Shown here in pieces: positions 1 to 10,032 of a stretch of DNA of 64,000 nucleotides. Each line of letters starts with the position of its first letter. Position 1 is the stretch's first letter. The DNA lies in the NCBI GenBank assembly GCA_024654445.1, contig JANLHP010000017.1, positions 144,524-208,523 on the forward strand, read 5' to 3'. The notes under the pieces were generated by a model. It was not told the DNA's origin, did not search any database, and was given only the letters and a program-made list of their open reading frames with translations. The translations under genes were made by a program, and so were the position numbers. This DNA is from Candidatus Curtissbacteria bacterium (GTDB taxonomy: Bacteria > Patescibacteriota > Microgenomatia > Curtissbacterales > GWA2-41-24).

Positions 1-2517
1 TATTTTCTCATGAGTGAATTTAAAAGGTTCTTCCACTACTACGTTGTCAACATCTTGGCTTTTTTCTCTTTCATAGAAGTCACTGATAACTTTGCGAGCT
101 TTTGTTAGAACCAGTTTTTCATGCTCAGAACTGATAAAACCTTCGCTAACCCAGGCATTCTCTAGAACAGTGATTAAGTCGGAAAGGGGTAAAAGTTGAC
201 CACGGATTCTATAGCGATAAAATTCTTCAACAGCCTTGTGAAGGGCTATGCCATAAACTAGATTAAACGCACGAGGAACTTGGAGTTTAACAATATGTCC
301 ATACCAATACTGAAGAGCGCATGAAAGATAGCTTTCAACATCTATTCTGGAAAGATCTAATATTCTGTCTTGAAAAGACACCGTTTTCTTTTCGAAATCA
401 AGAGTCATCTGAGCAGCGTTATCAGGTTTAAATCTTTCAATTTGTTCTATTGCTGAAGACTTTTGAGGCATCCCTTCTACTTGTGTCACATCTAGTGTTT
501 CAAGAACAAAAGGTGAGACTTTGCGGGTTTTTTTCCCGCCATAATCTCTTGCATATGTAAGGTAGAGAAAATCCTTTGCACGAGTAAGACCAACATAAAA
601 CAAGCGCCTTTCTTCCTGGATGTGAAAATTACCACTTGGTAAACTTTCTTTTATTAGACTGTCGGGAAGAGGTATGGGCTCTGAACGGTCACGAACAGGA
701 AACTTATCAGTTACGAGGCTGACGAGAAAGATTACCTTGTACTCAAGGCCTTTGGCTGAATGTATGCTCATAATATTTACTGCGTCAAGGTCGGGATCGA
801 TTTGTGCCGTTGAAGGATTTTCACCTGACTCCTGCATAACTTCTAGAAAGTTTGAGAAATTTATGGTGGATTGATCGTTCGTTACTTCATCAAACTCAGA
901 AATTCTCTTGAAAAACTTTGCGATATTCGCAATTTTTCCTTGAGTATCTTCAGGGTCTTCTTCTTTTAGTTTTTTTAAATAACCTGATTCTTCAAGGTAT
1001 GCATAAAGCGTTTTACCGGCATTTTGCTTGAGAGATAATTTTACGTACGTTTCTAAATCACTCTTTAGTTTTTCTAAAGCAATTTTTGAGTCGTCTGATA
1101 TTTCCATTTCGTCAATGTTGGAGCCGGTGATAATTTTATAGAGGCTTAGGTTTGTTCTTCTGGAAAAATCATTCAATACTATCATGTCTTCCGGCGGGAT
1201 ATTGTAAAGTTCAGAAGTTGCAAGATAATATAGATTTAAATTGTCATCAAATGTTGAAAGGGCACGTAAAAATGCAATTAAAGATTTTATTTCTTCTCGG
1301 TCGTATAGGCCGAAAGACCCCACAAATGTTGATGGTATCGAGAGTATATTTAGGGCTTGGATAAATGGCCGTGCGCTACTATTTGCTCTAAGCAGTATTG
1401 CAATATCTCGATACATAATTTTTTTATCTTTGACTAATGCGTTTATTTCTTGAGCTACGATATCGGTTTCCTCAGACAATGTTGCGCCAAAAATGTTCTT
1501 TGGTTCTTGGCCGGGCTCCTTCCGTTCACTTATCAGTTTTTTGTTAATCTTATTTTTGATCTCAAGACGGTCCGGATTGTTATGACTAATTAATTTGTAA
1601 GCAGCGTCGAGAATTGGTTGGGTGGAACGATAATTTTTGGTTAAGACAACTTGAATGGCTTTTGGATAGATTTTTTTAAATTCCAGGATGTTAGAAATTG
1701 CGGCGCCGCGGAATTTGTAAATAGATTGATCATCATCACCGACAACACAGACGTTTTTATGTTTAGCTGCCAGGAGTTTCACGAATTCATTTTGAGCGTA
1801 GTTTGTGTCTTGGTACTCATCTATCAAAATGTACTTAAATTTGTTTTGATAAGTTTCTAAAACTTTAGGATGTCTACGGAATAAGTCTAAAACAAGATTT
1901 ATCTGGTCGGAAAAATCCGCTAGGCCTGCCTTTCTTTTTAATTCTTCATATTTTGCAAAAAAATTAGCTAATTCTAATTGTCGTTGACGCTCTTCTTCGT
2001 CTTTTAGAGATGTTGCGTAAGCCATATATTGATCCGGTGTTAAATCTTCATCTTTCGCGCGGGAGACTAGCGAAAGCGCAGCTTCTATGAACTTATACGG
2101 ATTAGATAAGGGTTTGTAATGATTTAGATTGAAGTCAAATAAATTTTGCTTAACGAATAGAATCTGCTCAGGTTTTGTTAGAACTCGAAACACTGGATTC
2201 AGTCCCATTTCTAGTGCATTGTCACGAAGAACTCTATCCCCAAAAGCGTGAAAGGTAGAAATCCATGTATCGATGAAACCATAAGGCACAAGAATATCTA
2301 CCCTTCTTTCCATTTCTTCGGATGCTTTATCTGTAAAAGTGAGCGCTAAAATCTCAGAGGGTTCTGCAAGTTTCTTTTCGATAATGTATGCAATGCGATG
2401 CGTGATAACCGTCGTTTTACCAGTTCCTGCGCCGGCGATGATCAGCAGCGGGCCTTCTGTAGTCGTTACTGCTTTAAGTTGTTCAGGGTTGAGGTATTTT
2501 AAGACTTGGCTTGTCAC
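1..2517 (-). CDS. uvrD: ATP-dependent DNA helicase, UvrD/PcrA (SF1) family; C-terminus lies beyond window start
   Basis: Minus-strand frame open from GTG at 2517 to the window edge. Reverse translation of 2400-2517 gives MTSQVLKYLNPEQLKAVTTTEGPLLIIAGAGTGKTTVITHRIAYII (SF1 Walker A GAGTGKT). Spot checks at ~1200 and ~30 show the same frame open. Confidence 0.85.
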   Translation of the reverse strand, partial: MTSQVLKYLNPEQLKAVTTTEGPLLIIAGAGTGKTTVITHRIAYIIEKKLAEPSEILALTFTDKASEEMERRVDILVPYGFIDTWISTFHAFGDRVLRDNALEMGLNPVFRVLTKPEQILFVKQNLFDFNLNHYKPLSNPYKFIEAALSLVSRAKDEDLTPDQYMAYATSLKDEEERQRQLELANFFAKYEELKRKAGLADFSDQINLVLDLFRRHPKVLETYQNKFKYILIDEYQDTNYAQNEFVKLLAAKHKNVCVVGDDDQSIYKFRGAAISNILEFKKIYPKAIQVVLTKNYRSTQPILDAAYKLISHNNPDRLEIKNKINKKLISERKEPGQEPKNIFGATLSEETDIVAQEINALVKDKKIMYRDIAILLRANSSARPFIQALNILSIPSTFVGSFGLYDREEIKSLIAFLRALSTFDDNLNLYYLATSELYNIPPEDMIVLNDFSRRTNLSLYKIITGSNIDEMEISDDSKIALEKLKSDLETYVKLSLKQNAGKTLYAYLEESGYLKKLKEEDPEDTQGKIANIAKFFKRISEFDEVTNDQSTINFSNFLEVMQESGENPSTAQIDPDLDAVNIMSIHSAKGLEYKVIFLVSLVTDKFPVRDRSEPIPLPDSLIKESLPSGNFHIQEERRLFYVGLTRAKDFLYLTYARDYGGKKTRKVSPFVLETLDVTQVEGMPQKSSAIEQIERFKPDNAAQMTLDFEKKTVSFQDRILDLSRIDVESYLSCALQYWYGHIVKLQVPRAFNLVYGIALHKAVEEFYRYRIRGQLLPLSDLITVLENAWVSEGFISSEHEKLVLTKARKVISDFYEREKSQDVDNVVVEEPFKFTHEKI

Positions 2518-2570
2518 GCGGCTATTTTAGCATGAAAGGTTTTAACAAAAGGATTAAAATTAGTGCGGAG

Positions 2571-4427
2571 ATGAAAAAATATTTTTTTGTTGTTTTGGTC
2601 TTTGCATTTTTGTTTTTTCCGCAAGAGGTTTTTGCAAAAGATTATTATTTTCCTAGTGTTGAGGTGACTTATGATATTAACGTTGATGGTTCCATAGATG
2701 TCGTTGAAAAAAGGACTTATGAATTCGACGGAGGTTTTTCGTGGGCAGATATTTATATTCCCCTAAAGGTTTCGAGAAAAGGGACAAATTACAACGCTTC
2801 GATTACCAACTTTAAGGTTTCTGAAAATGGCGAAGAGATTGTACCGACGGAAGCTGGCCTTAAAGCAGGGAAATTTTACGCGATGTGGGGATATTCTGCC
2901 CTTGACGAGACCAGAACGTTTGAGCTTTCTTACACACTTTCTAATGCTTTGACTTCCGGACGTGATTTTGACGAATTTTATTGGCAGGTTATTGGGGACG
3001 AATGGGATAAGAGAACGGAAGCTGTCGATGTTACTGTAAATTTCCCGGGGGATATTGATAAAAACCAAGTTTATGCTTTTGCGCATGGCCCGACTAATGG
3101 AAAATACGATTTCGTCGATGACGATAGTGTCAGATTCCAGGTTGCTAATGTCCCGCCTAAACAATTTGTTGAAGTAAGACTCGTTTTTCCCAAGGGTACT
3201 CTTGCCGCTACTAACAGCTCAAACAAATCTTTGGAACAAATAATACGCGAAGAGGAGAATTACAGATCGCCGTTTCTTTGGAGAAAAATAGTTTTCCCCC
3301 TACTGCTTGTATTGACGGTAGGATGGTTGGTTTTCTGGATTTGGCAATGGCACAAATACGGAAAAGAACACGAGCAAGACCGGCCCAAATACGTACATGA
3401 ACCGCCTTCAGACTTGCAACCGGCTCTTGTCGAAATGCTACTTTCCCAAGAAAACACAATCACCCCAAAGTCTTTTGGTGCAACAATTTTGGATTTGGCG
3501 AGGAGAAGGTATCTGGACATTGCTGTTTACAGACAGCTGAGAAATTTTTTGATGATCACTTCGGAAAAGAAAGAATATGGGATTGTTTTTAGAAAGCCGC
3601 TTGAGGAACTTAAGAAAGATAAGCAGCTTTTAGACTTTGAGAAAAAGATGCTTGAGGAAATTAGCATATATCAGGAAGCTCCGAGTGACCAAGAAAGAGT
3701 TGGTTATGGCTTAAAACCTCTTGATTTTATTATCAAGCTGGATAATTTGAAGGCAGGGTTGAGACGGCATAGAGCTTTTTGGCCAGGTTGGCAAGCGGAG
3801 ATAAGAAAAGAAGCGAGCAAAAGGAACTTTGTAGAACAAGGGAGCGCGACGAGAAACACGTGGTTTTTTGGAAGTTTAGTATTAATTGTCGGAGTTTGGA
3901 TAATCGGGTTTCAGATAACAGATGATTTATTTGGAGCGCCCAAAGCATTTTTCGCTATTATTTTTTGGTTCTTGTTTATGATTATTTGGGTTTCAACGTT
4001 TGTTCTCTTACCTTTTGGAAGGAAAAAGGGTTCTTATTTTAGCTTTGCTTTTATGAAAAAGTGGACACATGCTTGGGGTAAAGAAGCGAGAAAGTGGCAG
4101 GGGTTTATAAATTTTCTAGATGATTTTTCGCATTTCAAGAGGACATTGCCGGAACAATTGCCCTTATGGGAAAAGTATTTAGTTTATGGTCTTTTGTTCG
4201 GTCAGACAAAAAAGATTTTAGAGCTAATGCCGGAGAAACTCGGTGACCAGGTTCCGGGTTGGTACGTGACGTCTCGTGGAGGTCACATTAGTTATTCTGA
4301 TTTTTCAGATGGAATCGGTAGTTTTAATTCAAGTTTTGCTTCGGCTCGCATTTCCGGCGGCTCAGGTGGAGGTTTCTCCGGCGGGGGTGGTGGAGGTGGA
4401 GGAGGCGGAGGCGGAGGCGCGGGTTAA
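2571..4427 (+). CDS. DUF2207-like membrane protein (signal peptide, ectodomain, TM helices, C-terminal poly-Gly tail)
   Basis: ORF 2511..4427. Best start ATG 2571 gives signal peptide MKKYFFVVLVFAFLFFPQEVFA. TM segments lie mid-protein. C-terminus SGGSGGGFSGGGGGGGGGGGGG is typical of DUF2207 proteins. Confidence 0.5.
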   Translation: MKKYFFVVLVFAFLFFPQEVFAKDYYFPSVEVTYDINVDGSIDVVEKRTYEFDGGFSWADIYIPLKVSRKGTNYNASITNFKVSENGEEIVPTEAGLKAGKFYAMWGYSALDETRTFELSYTLSNALTSGRDFDEFYWQVIGDEWDKRTEAVDVTVNFPGDIDKNQVYAFAHGPTNGKYDFVDDDSVRFQVANVPPKQFVEVRLVFPKGTLAATNSSNKSLEQIIREEENYRSPFLWRKIVFPLLLVLTVGWLVFWIWQWHKYGKEHEQDRPKYVHEPPSDLQPALVEMLLSQENTITPKSFGATILDLARRRYLDIAVYRQLRNFLMITSEKKEYGIVFRKPLEELKKDKQLLDFEKKMLEEISIYQEAPSDQERVGYGLKPLDFIIKLDNLKAGLRRHRAFWPGWQAEIRKEASKRNFVEQGSATRNTWFFGSLVLIVGVWIIGFQITDDLFGAPKAFFAIIFWFLFMIIWVSTFVLLPFGRKKGSYFSFAFMKKWTHAWGKEARKWQGFINFLDDFSHFKRTLPEQLPLWEKYLVYGLLFGQTKKILELMPEKLGDQVPGWYVTSRGGHISYSDFSDGIGSFNSSFASARISGGSGGGFSGGGGGGGGGGGGGAG

Positions 4428-4517
4428 AGTTTTGTCTTTAAACTTTTGGTTGCTTTTGCTTCGATTGTTTGGACCCCACTTCGTTCTGCTACGCAGAACT
4501 TCGAGGGTAAACTGTTT

Positions 4518-5513
4518 TTAGGTTTTTGATTTTAAACTTTTGACTGTACGATCTTCGATAGTTTGTACTGTTGATATTTTTGACGAAAGGCGGGCGAAGC
4601 GGGTGTTGACGTCGTCGCTGGAATTTGCGGCGTTTTTGATGTGTTTTGTGAGAAGCGAGAGTGAGCCACTAAATTTTTCTGTTTCGTCGGCGATTTCTCG
4701 AAGGGCTGCCAAAATTTGGCCGGCCTGTCTTTCGATCTTATTGCCTTCAAGCGACATAATGATTGCGCGTAAATATGCGTAGAGGGTGTTGGGGGAAACC
4801 GGGCGGACGCGCTTTCTGTAAGCGTATTCTTCGAGTTCCGGACTTTCGGTGAGAATTTCGTAGTAGACGACTTCGGAAGGAATATACATGAGGGCAAAAT
4901 CAATTGTTCCTTCCTGCGGTTTGATATATTTACTGGAAATGGCGTCTATGTGTTTTTTGACATCGTTTATAAATGCTTTTCTGTAAAGAAGTTTTTCCTT
5001 TTCGTCCTGGGCTTTGGACATTTTGCGGATATTTTCCATTGGGAATTTGGCGTCAATTGGAATAATCCCTTGTTCTAACTTTAGAGCGGCATCCACAATT
5101 TCTCCGGATTTAAAAGCGTACTGAAGATGGAAATTTTGTTTCGGGAGGGATTGGCCTAAAAGATCTTTCAGTCCTGCCTCCCCCATTTGGCCACGCATCT
5201 TTGGAGACCTCAGAAACTCCTGCAGGTCTTTCATTCCCCTGCCAAGTTCTGTCATTTCGCCTACGGATTTGGAGACTTCAGAAATTACTTGCGCGGCTCT
5301 ATCCAGTCTTTCATTGATTGCTTTTGTTTGCCGAACCATCGAATCTGTCGTGTTGTCCATAGAACCGCGCATGTCGGAAACAAGTTGTGAGAGGAGCTTG
5401 GTAGTTTCGTCGCTCTTTTTGTTGTCTGCGAGTTTTTTGATCTGCAAGTAGAGGAGCCCCATTGTGGCTAAAACTAGAACACCAACTACAAGCAGAATAG
5501 TCTGGGAATCCAT
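4518..5513 (-). CDS. rmuC: DNA recombination protein RmuC
   Basis: 331-aa ORF with N-terminal TM, a coiled-coil region and a C-terminal block IDAKFPMENIRK...FALMYIPSEVVYYE characteristic of the RmuC family. Confidence 0.8.
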   Translation of the reverse strand: MDSQTILLVVGVLVLATMGLLYLQIKKLADNKKSDETTKLLSQLVSDMRGSMDNTTDSMVRQTKAINERLDRAAQVISEVSKSVGEMTELGRGMKDLQEFLRSPKMRGQMGEAGLKDLLGQSLPKQNFHLQYAFKSGEIVDAALKLEQGIIPIDAKFPMENIRKMSKAQDEKEKLLYRKAFINDVKKHIDAISSKYIKPQEGTIDFALMYIPSEVVYYEILTESPELEEYAYRKRVRPVSPNTLYAYLRAIIMSLEGNKIERQAGQILAALREIADETEKFSGSLSLLTKHIKNAANSSDDVNTRFARLSSKISTVQTIEDRTVKSLKSKT

Positions 5514-5560
5514 CTGGTAGATTCTACCAAATTCGAAGCACGAAATCCGAACCGGTAATC

Positions 5561-5676
5561 GTCATTCTGGGGAACGGAGCGACTCCAGAATCTGATTAAG
5601 GCTGATTCTGGACAAGCCCTTCGACTTCGCTCATGGCCTATTAAGGGCCGTGAGTTTATCGAACGGCCAGAGTGAC
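5561..5676. repeat. GC-rich palindromic repeat element, copy A1 (MITE/RPE-like), intergenic
   Basis: Terminal inverted repeats gtcattctgg...ccagagtgac. Internal hairpins gagcgactccagaatc/gattctgga. Core motif cccttcgacttcgctca shared with 12743-12849, 27139-27160 and 10172-10196. Confidence 0.6.
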
Positions 5677-5725
5677 AGTTTTGTTTCGAGTTTCGAAATT
5701 CTAATTTCGAGTTTACAATGTATTT

Positions 5726-6100
5726 GTGGTCAAACTTTTACCTGTAGCGGCATTGATTGCTTTTCTATCTCTATTTGGACTTTCTTGGATAATTGTCGTA
5801 GTAGATCCAACTGCTGCACCATGGTTTATTTTTGCGTCCTTTGTTTTTTTAGTATTTTCTTTTAGTTTTAGTTTTCTGAGTCTCGTTCTTTATTTTGTTA
5901 GGACCAGGTTTTATAAGCGCTATAGCGCAAGTTGGTATGTTAAAACGTCTTTTAAGATGTCACTTTTTATTTCCATTTTTATCGCGATTTGTGCTGCTCT
6001 TGCGATTTTAAAACAGGTGACAGTAATTAATATTGGACTTGGAATTGTCGCAGTTGTTCTTTTTGCCGTTTGGAGTTATTTGGGAAAGAGAGAAGGGTAA
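5726..6100 (+). CDS. hypothetical small multi-pass membrane protein
   Basis: 124-aa ORF (GTG start) with 3-4 hydrophobic helices. No recognisable family. Confidence 0.4.
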   Translation: MVKLLPVAALIAFLSLFGLSWIIVVVDPTAAPWFIFASFVFLVFSFSFSFLSLVLYFVRTRFYKRYSASWYVKTSFKMSLFISIFIAICAALAILKQVTVINIGLGIVAVVLFAVWSYLGKREG

Positions 6101-6116
6101 ATTTCTAATTTCTAAT
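6100..6116. repeat. conserved intergenic motif AATTTCTAATTTCTAAT (copy 1 of 4)
   Basis: Also followed by ttaggtcaattag, as at 54410. Confidence 0.5.
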
Positions 6117-6191
6117 CAATTCCTAAATTGAAGAATTTCTAAAATTTTTAGGTCAATTAGTAATTAGGTTAATTAGAAATTAAACTTGTCG

Positions 6192-6671
6192 TTACTCTGA
6201 GAGAATTATAATTCCTTCTCTCCAACCGCCGGGGTCTTTGATAACGTTGCCGTCTTTTTGAAGAATGTGCGAGGTGATGGCAATCGCCTTATTTTCAAAT
6301 TGTGGTGGTATTTGCCAATCCAGTTTGTAGGGAGATTTTTGAACCTTACCAATCATTTGCCATTTATTGTCGGCGTAAGTTTTTGCCCAGAACTGAACTT
6401 CTTGAGCAGAGCTAGGTTGGTCTACGGAAAGTTCTAAGTTAAGGGTCCCACCTCTTACAATTTCCCCGGCTTCCGGACTGGTGAGCCGTCCTCCGCTTGC
6501 GTTTCCTTGTTCATTTGTGATTTGAGTGGTTTGTCGGGAAAGGAGTGGTTTGCCAATTAAAAACAACGCAATTAGTCCAAGAATAATTAGAGCGGCAACT
6601 CCAAATGGATTAACTGGCCACCCTTTTTTACTTTTTTCTATAGGGCCTCGTTTTTCTGAGGATTCTTCCAT
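6192..6671 (-). CDS. hypothetical membrane-anchored protein
   Basis: 159-aa ORF with a single N-terminal TM (VAALIILGLIALFLI) and a soluble C-terminal domain. Confidence 0.45.
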   Translation of the reverse strand: MEESSEKRGPIEKSKKGWPVNPFGVAALIILGLIALFLIGKPLLSRQTTQITNEQGNASGGRLTSPEAGEIVRGGTLNLELSVDQPSSAQEVQFWAKTYADNKWQMIGKVQKSPYKLDWQIPPQFENKAIAITSHILQKDGNVIKDPGGWREGIIILSE

Positions 6672-7001
6672 TGTTCTTTATTATAACGGATTGGCATAAA
6701 TGCGAATTTTTCGCAATTTGTGCCAAACGGCTACATACTTCTCTTGGGTAGGAATTTGGAGAAGTCTATATCGCAATTAGCCTACTGTCAAATTGAATTG
6801 TTTTGAGATAGAATGGCTTTACTTTAAGGGGACACTAAAAGTTTCCCCTTAATATTCCTCTTCCCAAGAGGACGATTTCGGACTGGCGGAGCCAGTTCCA
6901 AAATCAATATTAGACAAAATTCGCCTAGCGAATTTTGAAGAGGAGGAACAAATTAAAATTTGATTTAGGGTTGAAATTTCTTCTGTTTTGAAAGCTGCTG
7001 T

Positions 7002-9305
7002 ATGAAAATCTTAAAAGTATTTACTGCCTTCCTTACCCTTTTTATTAATCTTGTCACTTTTGTCGGAGACGTAACTATTTGGGGGTTTCGAGGGATTTTT
7101 ATTTGGGTTGAGGGCTTAAGAAGAGTTCTGCGGATTCCAAAGAGGATGCCCAGTAGATTCAAGGGTGTTACTAAGGTCTTCCGACATCCCGTTATCCGTG
7201 AAGATTTCAGTTTTAAGGTGGGGCTTTTAATGATTTTTGTTTCAATGGGATTAATTTGGTTTGCGACAAAAGATCTTCCAAGCCCAAGACAGCTCGAAAC
7301 TAGAGAAGTGCCATTGACAACTAAAATATACGATAGAAATGGAGAACTACTTTTTAATGTGTACACAGACCAAAACAGAACTGTTGTTCCACTTTCCGAA
7401 ATTCCAGACAATTTAAAATACGCAACGATTGCGATTGAGGATCAGGATTTTTATAAACATAAAGGCTTCGATGTCTACGGCATTATAAGAGCAGCTAGAG
7501 AAACAGTGTTCCAAGGAGATATCCAAGGTGGTTCGACGATAACGCAACAGTTAGTTAAAAGCGCCTTTTTGACGCCGGAGCGAACTATAACAAGAAAGGT
7601 TAAAGAATTATATTTGGCTTTCCGGGTAGAAATGGCATACCCCAAAGACAGGATACTTGAAATGTATCTCAACCAAGTTCCGTATGGCGGAACGGCCTGG
7701 GGAGCAGCCGCAGCTGCCGAGCAATATTTCGGGAAAGATGTTAAGGATTTGACGCTCGCGGAATCCGCGCTTCTTGCGGGATTGCCCCAAGCACCAACTT
7801 ACTATTCCCCGTTTGGGCAAGATAAACAAAGGTCAGTCGAAAGACAGAGGCAGGTTTTGACAAGAATGGTTGAAGAAAATTACATCACAAGAGAGCAAGC
7901 CGAAGAAGCCGCAGCGCAACCGTTGGAATACAGGTCCGCGGCAACCGACATTAGGGCGCCTCATTTTGTAATGTTCGTCCGTGAATACTTGGCTGAAAAA
8001 TATGGCGAGGCTGCTGCCGCGCAAGGCGGGTTAAAGGTGACTACAACTCTTGAGTTGAAAGTTCAAGAGATGGCCCAAGGCCAAGTAACGGAAAACATCG
8101 ACAAGCTGAAAGCATTAAGAGTTGGAAACGGGGCTGCCGTAGTTACTAAACCACAAACCGGTGAAATCTTAGCGATGGTAGGGTCAAAAGACTTTTTCGA
8201 TACAGAAAATGACGGTAATGTAAACGTAACTGTTGCCAATAGACAACCAGGGTCTTCCATTAAACCAATTAATTACGCGACAGCGCTCGCAAAAAGACTT
8301 ATTACGCCGGCTACCGTGATTATGGACGTGCCAACTACTTTTTCGGGAGGACCACAACCTTACAGGCCTGTCAATTACGATGGTAAATTTCATGGTCCTG
8401 TTCAGGTAAGGTTCGCGCTTGCTAATTCTTACAATATTCCGGCTGTAAAGGTTTTAGGGTTAGTTGGCGTCGGCGAGATGATAAAAATGGCCAGGGAAAT
8501 GGGTATTACTACTTTTGAGGATGAGTCGCGATATGGGCTTTCTTTAACTTTAGGAGGAGGAGAGGTTAAGATGACAGAAATGGCGACTGCGTTTGGCGTT
8601 TTTGCCAACGAAGGTGTCCGCGTAGATCTTGTCCCCGTTTTGAAGGTTGAGGATTCCAACGGCAGAGTTCTTGAAGAGTTCAAGCCAAAAGCGGGTAGGC
8701 GAGTTCTTTCTCCGGAGATTGCATTTTTGATTTCTTCGATACTTTCCGACAACGGCGCAAGAAGTGCTGCTTTTGGCGCAAACAGCATGCTTAATATTAG
8801 AGGAAAGACTGTCGCTGTAAAAACCGGGACTACAGATGATAAGAGAGATAACTGGACGATTGGTTATAACCCTAGCTTTTTGGTTGTAACTTGGGTCGGC
8901 AATAATGACAACTCTCCGATGCATCCTTCACTTTCTTCCGGTGTAACCGGTGCTGCTCCTATTTGGAACGGAATAATGACGGCGCTTTTGAATGACAAGG
9001 TGAATGAAGCATTCAAAGTACCTTCGGGTGTTGTTGGCAAAGAAATTTGCACCTTGACCGGGGGGACAAAAAACGAGGGATGCAATAATCGATTTGAATA
9101 TTTCTTAGCTGGGACAGAGCCAACTAAAGATACATTCGCGAGATCTAAAGTGTGGATAGACAAGGAAACGGGAAAGGTTGTTCAGTCGGGATCACCAAAC
9201 GCGGAAGAGAAAGACGAAGTTATTATTTCGGACCCCTACTCTAAACAAGACTTCTGTGCGAGTTGTCCTAGGCCGGAGGCTTCCCCAAGTCCGCCCCCTA
9301 CATGA
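7002..9305 (+). CDS. class A penicillin-binding protein (GT51 transglycosylase + transpeptidase), PBP1A-like
   Basis: GT51 motifs EDQDFYKHKGFD and GGSTITQQLVK. Transpeptidase motifs SSIKP (SxxK) and KTGTT. N-terminal TM anchor. Confidence 0.85.
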   Translation: MKILKVFTAFLTLFINLVTFVGDVTIWGFRGIFIWVEGLRRVLRIPKRMPSRFKGVTKVFRHPVIREDFSFKVGLLMIFVSMGLIWFATKDLPSPRQLETREVPLTTKIYDRNGELLFNVYTDQNRTVVPLSEIPDNLKYATIAIEDQDFYKHKGFDVYGIIRAARETVFQGDIQGGSTITQQLVKSAFLTPERTITRKVKELYLAFRVEMAYPKDRILEMYLNQVPYGGTAWGAAAAAEQYFGKDVKDLTLAESALLAGLPQAPTYYSPFGQDKQRSVERQRQVLTRMVEENYITREQAEEAAAQPLEYRSAATDIRAPHFVMFVREYLAEKYGEAAAAQGGLKVTTTLELKVQEMAQGQVTENIDKLKALRVGNGAAVVTKPQTGEILAMVGSKDFFDTENDGNVNVTVANRQPGSSIKPINYATALAKRLITPATVIMDVPTTFSGGPQPYRPVNYDGKFHGPVQVRFALANSYNIPAVKVLGLVGVGEMIKMAREMGITTFEDESRYGLSLTLGGGEVKMTEMATAFGVFANEGVRVDLVPVLKVEDSNGRVLEEFKPKAGRRVLSPEIAFLISSILSDNGARSAAFGANSMLNIRGKTVAVKTGTTDDKRDNWTIGYNPSFLVVTWVGNNDNSPMHPSLSSGVTGAAPIWNGIMTALLNDKVNEAFKVPSGVVGKEICTLTGGTKNEGCNNRFEYFLAGTEPTKDTFARSKVWIDKETGKVVQSGSPNAEEKDEVIISDPYSKQDFCASCPRPEASPSPPPT

Positions 9306-9454
9306 CTTGAGGAGGATGATGATTCATTTAAAAAAAGCACACGATTTCGTAATTAACAAACAACTAATTTCATCACAATTTTCGCCATTGCGTATTTTGT
9401 GATGATTTTTCTATTTCGAGCACGCGGAACCTCAGCTTTCAAGCCGTGGGTAGT

Positions 9455-9832
9455 TTATTTCAAATGTTCTTTTATCCAGTCAGCGATTTCTTCAATCGTA
9501 GGTTTTTTGTTTTCGACCCAAAGAGCGAAGATAACGATCTCTTTGTTTGTCGCCTTAAAGCTTTTGCCGTTTAGTAACAAAAACTCAATCATCGAAATCG
9601 TTGCGGTTCTTTTATTGCCGTCTACAAATACATGATTTAGAAGTAAGGAATGAACAAGAGCTGCTGCTTTTAGGACTAGGTTTGGATAAAGATCTTTCCC
9701 CCCAAAGCTTGCTCGTGATCTTAAGACCGCAGATTCTAAAAGGCCTAGATCGCGAAGCCCTTGTAAACCACCGGTTGCCTCGACTAATTCAAAATGGATT
9801 TGGATAATATTTTGTGGCGTTAAAAACTTCAC
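9455..9832 (-). CDS. doc: Doc (death-on-curing) family toxin, Fic fold
   Basis: Motif HVFVDGNKRTA (Fic/Doc HxFxDGNKR). Matches the Doc pattern LLESA..R...FGG...YP......AAL. Overlaps the upstream gene by 4 bp. Confidence 0.8.
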   Translation of the reverse strand: MKFLTPQNIIQIHFELVEATGGLQGLRDLGLLESAVLRSRASFGGKDLYPNLVLKAAALVHSLLLNHVFVDGNKRTATISMIEFLLLNGKSFKATNKEIVIFALWVENKKPTIEEIADWIKEHLK

Positions 9833-10032
9833 TTTGAAGCGAGTTCTTCGAGGGCCGGTCGGTATTGATCTATCAACTTTTTCGTCAGATCGTGGATTTC
9901 ACGATCAGCAGTAAAAACTGGATCTACAGAGAAATTTACAGGATCGCCTACTTTGATACCTTTTTCTTCAAGAACTTTCTTCGGGATAGTCACGGCAACA
10001 GAATTGCCGACCTGAAAAGTTTTTTGGATCAT
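9829..10032 (-). CDS. AbrB/MazE/SpoVT-type (Phd-like) antitoxin
   Basis: 67-aa protein MIQKTFQVGNSVAVTIPKKVLEEKGIKVGDPV (swapped-hairpin DNA-binding fold pattern). A 4-bp overlap with doc gives a type II TA operon. Confidence 0.65.
   Translation of the reverse strand: MIQKTFQVGNSVAVTIPKKVLEEKGIKVGDPVNFSVDPVFTADREIHDLTKKLIDQYRPALEELASK

Noticed and set aside
2511-2570. TTG start at 2511 for the DUF2207-like ORF, overlapping the uvrD start
   Set aside because: ATG at 2571 yields a textbook signal peptide (MKKYFFVVLVFAFLFFPQEVFA). The longer N-terminus is probably an ORF-caller extension.
4380-4427. ggaggtggaggaggcggaggcggaggc simple repeat
   Set aside because: Encodes the poly-Gly C-terminal tail of the DUF2207-like protein. 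It is a coding low-complexity repeat, not a CRISPR array or satellite.
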